DNA of 64,000 nucleotides from the IMG/VR virus record IMGVR_UViG_3300045988_126190, positions 5,268 through 69,267 of that record; one strand, given 5' to 3'. The notes below the pieces were generated by a model. It ran no database searches. It was not told the origin of the DNA and was given only the letters and a program-made list of their open reading frames with translations. A program made the position numbers and the translations under genes. This DNA is from a virus. Shown piece by piece: positions 63,701 to 64,000 of the stretch (the first letter of the stretch is position 1; each line of letters begins with the position of its first letter).

Positions 63701-64000
63701 GCCACAGCGGCGACCACCGCAGCTGGTAATGCGCTGATTACAAAGGCGGAGGCGGCGCTGCGCGGGGAAGCGGGTGCGGCAGCGGCACTCAGCACGGCGC
63801 TTCAAAACGCAGACAGCGCTACCATTGAGTATGCACGAGCCACCGTGCAAGCGCAGGCTGTAGCGGCACAGGCGAATTTCAATAACCTTGTCGCCCAGCT
63901 CGGCGGCGTGACCAGCGCTGCCGTTCAGGCTACACTTGCCATGTATGCGGCATATACCGCATTCTCTGGCGGCGGCAGACCGCAGGGCGCAACCTCCGGC
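60731..64000 (+). CDS. tail tape-measure protein, N-terminal 1090 codons, open at window end
   Basis: Own translation shows no stop from the ATG at 60731 to nt 64000. Has coiled coils, a TP901-type core (NEYLAAAAAFAKAGYS) and transmembrane segments. Absent from the ORF track. Confidence 0.8.
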   Translation, partial: MSMESVKLTVQVVDAQLTQLENRVNALKNTPISLKINATGLDKATKDTTALIKACTKLVEAQVQVTKAENALEKQRLSTEASANRARTAEANLAKQHAATATEQARLATQQEKTATAAKNLEIQQEKTNTAVAKGEASANRASLGFSTLLSTYLQFAAISAVRSGISDAFETMKDVDTQIINIQKVTDATDAAMDTLSERAYSTASKYGVAANEYLAAAAAFAKAGYSNYEELAELATKTQLVGDVTADVASKFLLSADAAYKFGGNADELATVLDKANVIENNYATSIEKMAAGFPNVASTASMAKVSIDELMAALGTVTAVTQESGEKASYALRSLFLNILGDVGAEIDETTKVTADSVNTLWGVISKYADESLIAAHNAGELIDPMEAIKALSEAQKDNLLEEADLMQIVMALGGKLRTNQLNALISNYDMYEEMLSQIKTATGSADQEVATMSKSWEASLKRLRNTWTQFVSHVVSSDTLVNGIKFLEKLVKLLDNGFVALIAKVVLLTSVIKPLSSGIAKLIVGFKNTLGAVKNLPRYLQLLGASEKELEAVGLSAAGAQTALSVAISGVLVVITGAIMLHTKLKQEAAETAEKLQASANAAREDAEESANAVEKLIELRGAYEQSKTKGDVATEAAKNLAEALKEVGISADGAKESLSGYADEAIRSNIESGLKEARNAKSKATAALYHEASTGRSGESSVAFDMLRALGIQGDKNYDERFFSGSTAFANLRNAKENEQLILQYYDWLVGMSEEVANLAEADPAIWNKYAVKGLMDAISSLEPAVTTYRESTATEASFYGMQAAYQTAIRSAEEYNRKIETVSNNEALSSEYRENYISTLQALYPEYAAQAEAIDEVTSAADASNASGKRFIDTLFDEKGALKDSAAATLEANGALQQMATTQAKEDWDAATEHFNSLVESLGGEDSALVVKALELISLGSEAAEAELAKMGDAGKDVGDAMQLLGSALDDANAKQELYNIITKATAATTAAGNALITKAEAALRGEAGAAAALSTALQNADSATIEYARATVQAQAVAAQANFNNLVAQLGGVTSAAVQATLAMYAAYTAFSGGGRPQGATSG

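Noticed and set aside
60709-63850. Minus-strand and short + strand ORFs listed after 60700
   Set aside because: All lie inside the uninterrupted tape-measure reading frame.
1-64000. Diversity-generating retroelement, retron, CBASS/Thoeris/Gabija-type defence operons
   Set aside because: No reverse transcriptase, cyclase, TIR/SIR2 or large ATPase/helicase-nuclease ORFs are recognisable anywhere in the window.

Overview
No recognisable bacterial housekeeping gene occurs anywhere in this 64 kb window. It reads as temperate-phage DNA from a high-GC Firmicutes-type host, with several visibly more AT-rich accessory inserts.

Layout:
- 1-7.5 kb: the end of a + strand late operon. It is followed by an MqsR-like toxin with a fused MqsA/Panacea antitoxin, two P22 immI-like (RHH-antirepressor) cassettes, an IS200/IS605 element (tnpA + tnpB) and a XerD-like recombinase.
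- 7.6-21.5 kb: a minus-strand early operon. It carries Lar-like anti-restriction genes, a DnaC-like loader, a replisome organizer, SSB, RecT, DUF1064, DUF1351 and a YqaJ exonuclease.
- 21.5-28.2 kb: a regulator-dense lysogeny hub. It holds a candidate type III ToxN-like toxin-antitoxin (TA) system and an integrase next to an attP-like site whose core is a 27-nt tRNA 3' fragment.
- 27.9-32.6 kb: a 17-bp iteron array, an RHH-led operon of unknown genes, a type I (Hol-Tox-like) TA, and 1.2 kb of non-coding DNA.
- 32.7-64 kb: a + strand early/late region running through MazG, terminase, portal, capsid, receptor-binding-like proteins, an internal lysis cassette, tail genes and a tape-measure ORF that is open at the window end and absent from the supplied ORF track.

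Most unusual observations:
- Two GC-hairpin plus mini-tRNA-like units directly after the portal-operon genes and after the capsid gene.
- sar-like antisense promoters conserved in three RHH-antirepressor cassettes.
- A palindromic operator shared by two promoters 53 kb apart.
- A thrice-repeated hairpin/14-mer/terminator element.
- The phased iterons around the attP-like site.

All functions come from motif recognition by eye; no database search was run.
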